64,000 nt of DNA from Coraliomargarita sp. (GTDB lineage Bacteria; Verrucomicrobiota; Verrucomicrobiia; Opitutales; Coraliomargaritaceae). A program made the position numbers and the translations under genes. The notes beneath the pieces were generated by a model. That model saw nothing but the letters and a program-made list of their open reading frames with translations. It was not told the origin of the DNA and did not search any database. Location: contig OZ244160.1 in NCBI GenBank assembly GCA_965216325.1, positions 2,176,001 to 2,240,000 on the forward strand, written 5' to 3'. How positions within the stretch are numbered: the stretch's first letter is position 1; each line of letters starts with the position of its first letter. This document shows positions 62,652 to 64,000 of the stretch, piece by piece.

Positions 62652-64000
62652 TTAACTCTGCTGATCTATGATCTGCGGTGTCTGGGCATTTTCGCGGAGT
62701 AGGGCGCTGAGCTCGAGTAGTAAGCTCTCTCTGTCCGGGGTGAAAATGAAGCGGTCGCTTCCGAGCTTTCTGTAGGCTTCTACGAGTAAGTCGGTTTGTG
62801 GGCGGCGCATTTGTAGGAATCGAGTGAGTAGTCGGTTCAGGTTTTCCGTGTTGCCGAGTTCGAGTTCGATGCGGATGAGTTCCGATAGAATTTTCTGGTT
62901 GCTTGGTGCCAGTTGGTAGGCGGTGAGTAGGATTTTACGGGCTTGAGGGGCGCGATCGATGTTTGTGAAGCGGCGAGCGACTGCGAGGTAGGTCTGTGCT
63001 GGGGTGCCGACTTCATCGACAAAGTCTTGTAGGTAAATCTCGCCCTCATCCGGCCTGTTGATTCCGTAGGATGCTACGGCTCTTAGGCTTTGGAAGATTG
63101 CGCGTCGCTTGGTCAGCCACTCGGGGTTTTCTTTGATTAGTTCCTCGGCGAAGCTAAGGGCGCCGCTGTAGTCTTTTGAGACGAGGTGGGCTTCGATGAG
63201 TAGGAGTGCGAAGCTGTCGATATCGAATTCGTTCTCCAAGGCTTCTTCGTAGGTCCGACGGGCCAGTTCGATGTTGCCAGTGTCGGCCCCAAAGTTTGCG
63301 AGGGCTTGTAGTGCGCCTTCATCATCGCGAAACTGCTTGAGCATGTTCTTTGTTTCGCGGTTTTCTCGTTCAGTGTCGCCGGTTTTGTTGTAAATATACA
63401 GGAGTTCGATGCGTGGTGCGGAGCTCAGGGGGGCGGCAACATTCCTTAAAATGGCGTATTGCCGTGCTTGCTCGAGATTGCCGAGTTCGCGGTTGTAGCG
63501 GCTGAGTTGCATCAGTAGTGCTTCGGATCCGGGGAACTTGTTCAGGGATTGCTCCATTTTGGTGATGGCCGCCACCTGATTGCCTCGGTCCCAGCTGATT
63601 TGAGCGGATAGGAGCACTCCCTCGCTAGTGTCGGTCATGTGGTATGCCAGGATGTAGTCGTCTGCGAGATCGTAGTTGCCTCTGAGGTAGTTTGCATTTG
63701 CAGCGCCAAAGGCTAGCAGGCGGTTGCGGTCGCTTAGTTCGGGCTCTGCGGGTAGGTATTGGTCGGCAAGCGCTTGGATTTCGCTGTCCATTTGGTGGCG
63801 CAAGAGCAGTTGGAGGGTTTGTTTTAGGTAGCGAGTGTCTTCGACGCCTCCGTAGTCTAGTCCGCCGAGGAGCATTTCGGCGGCTCGGTCTGGCCGTTTG
63901 AGGGCTAATTCAAACAATGATGCAACGATTAAGCGGCCTTCGAGATTGCTGGGTGCGCGGGCGACCCCCAAGCGGATGAGTCTGAGTCCGTCACGAACTT
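62652..64000 (-). CDS. TPR-like helical repeat protein (5' end outside window)
   Basis: Long helical ORF open to the window edge. Confidence 0.65.
   Translation of the reverse strand, partial: VRDGLRLIRLGVARAPSNLEGRLIVASLFELALKRPDRAAEMLLGGLDYGGVEDTRYLKQTLQLLLRHQMDSEIQALADQYLPAEPELSDRNRLLAFGAANANYLRGNYDLADDYILAYHMTDTSEGVLLSAQISWDRGNQVAAITKMEQSLNKFPGSEALLMQLSRYNRELGNLEQARQYAILRNVAAPLSSAPRIELLYIYNKTGDTERENRETKNMLKQFRDDEGALQALANFGADTGNIELARRTYEEALENEFDIDSFALLLIEAHLVSKDYSGALSFAEELIKENPEWLTKRRAIFQSLRAVASYGINRPDEGEIYLQDFVDEVGTPAQTYLAVARRFTNIDRAPQARKILLTAYQLAPSNQKILSELIRIELELGNTENLNRLLTRFLQMRRPQTDLLVEAYRKLGSDRFIFTPDRESLLLELSALLRENAQTPQIIDQQS

Overview
Bacterial chromosomal window, most likely from a verrucomicrobium of the Opitutae/Coraliomargarita type. 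This is inferred from gene content, AC-rich leaders lacking Shine-Dalgarno sequences, and a C-terminal ..STDL..W..FFRV motif protein. The housekeeping backbone includes accB, kdsB, trpB, trpG/pabA, nrdR, rnpB, fabV, a cyclophilin, a hybrid histidine kinase, mdh, a DAHP synthase, amtB-PII, exeA/exeB-like genes, a UDP-sugar pyrophosphorylase, a phosphohexomutase, tal and two tandem porins. It is interrupted by two tandem genomic islands integrated at the 3' end of tmRNA (ssrA). Island A (18190-22282) is internally deleted and carries a type IV TA/AbiE-like pair. Island B (22256-41606) has an intact integrase and excisionase and carries an 8-gene transmembrane Ser/Thr phospho-signalling operon (kinase-Sel1, two PP2C phosphatases, four FHA domains, VWA and trypsin ectodomains, a lipoprotein). 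A group IIC intron sits right after the terminator of the second porin. The most novel-looking signal is an ORF-free locus at 48.4-48.95 kb with three candidate small RNAs, each behind the same ECF-sigma-type promoter (GGAAC[T/C]-N16-G[A/T]CTA). Two of them carry a seed complementary to AUG-AAA start regions such as those of the porins.
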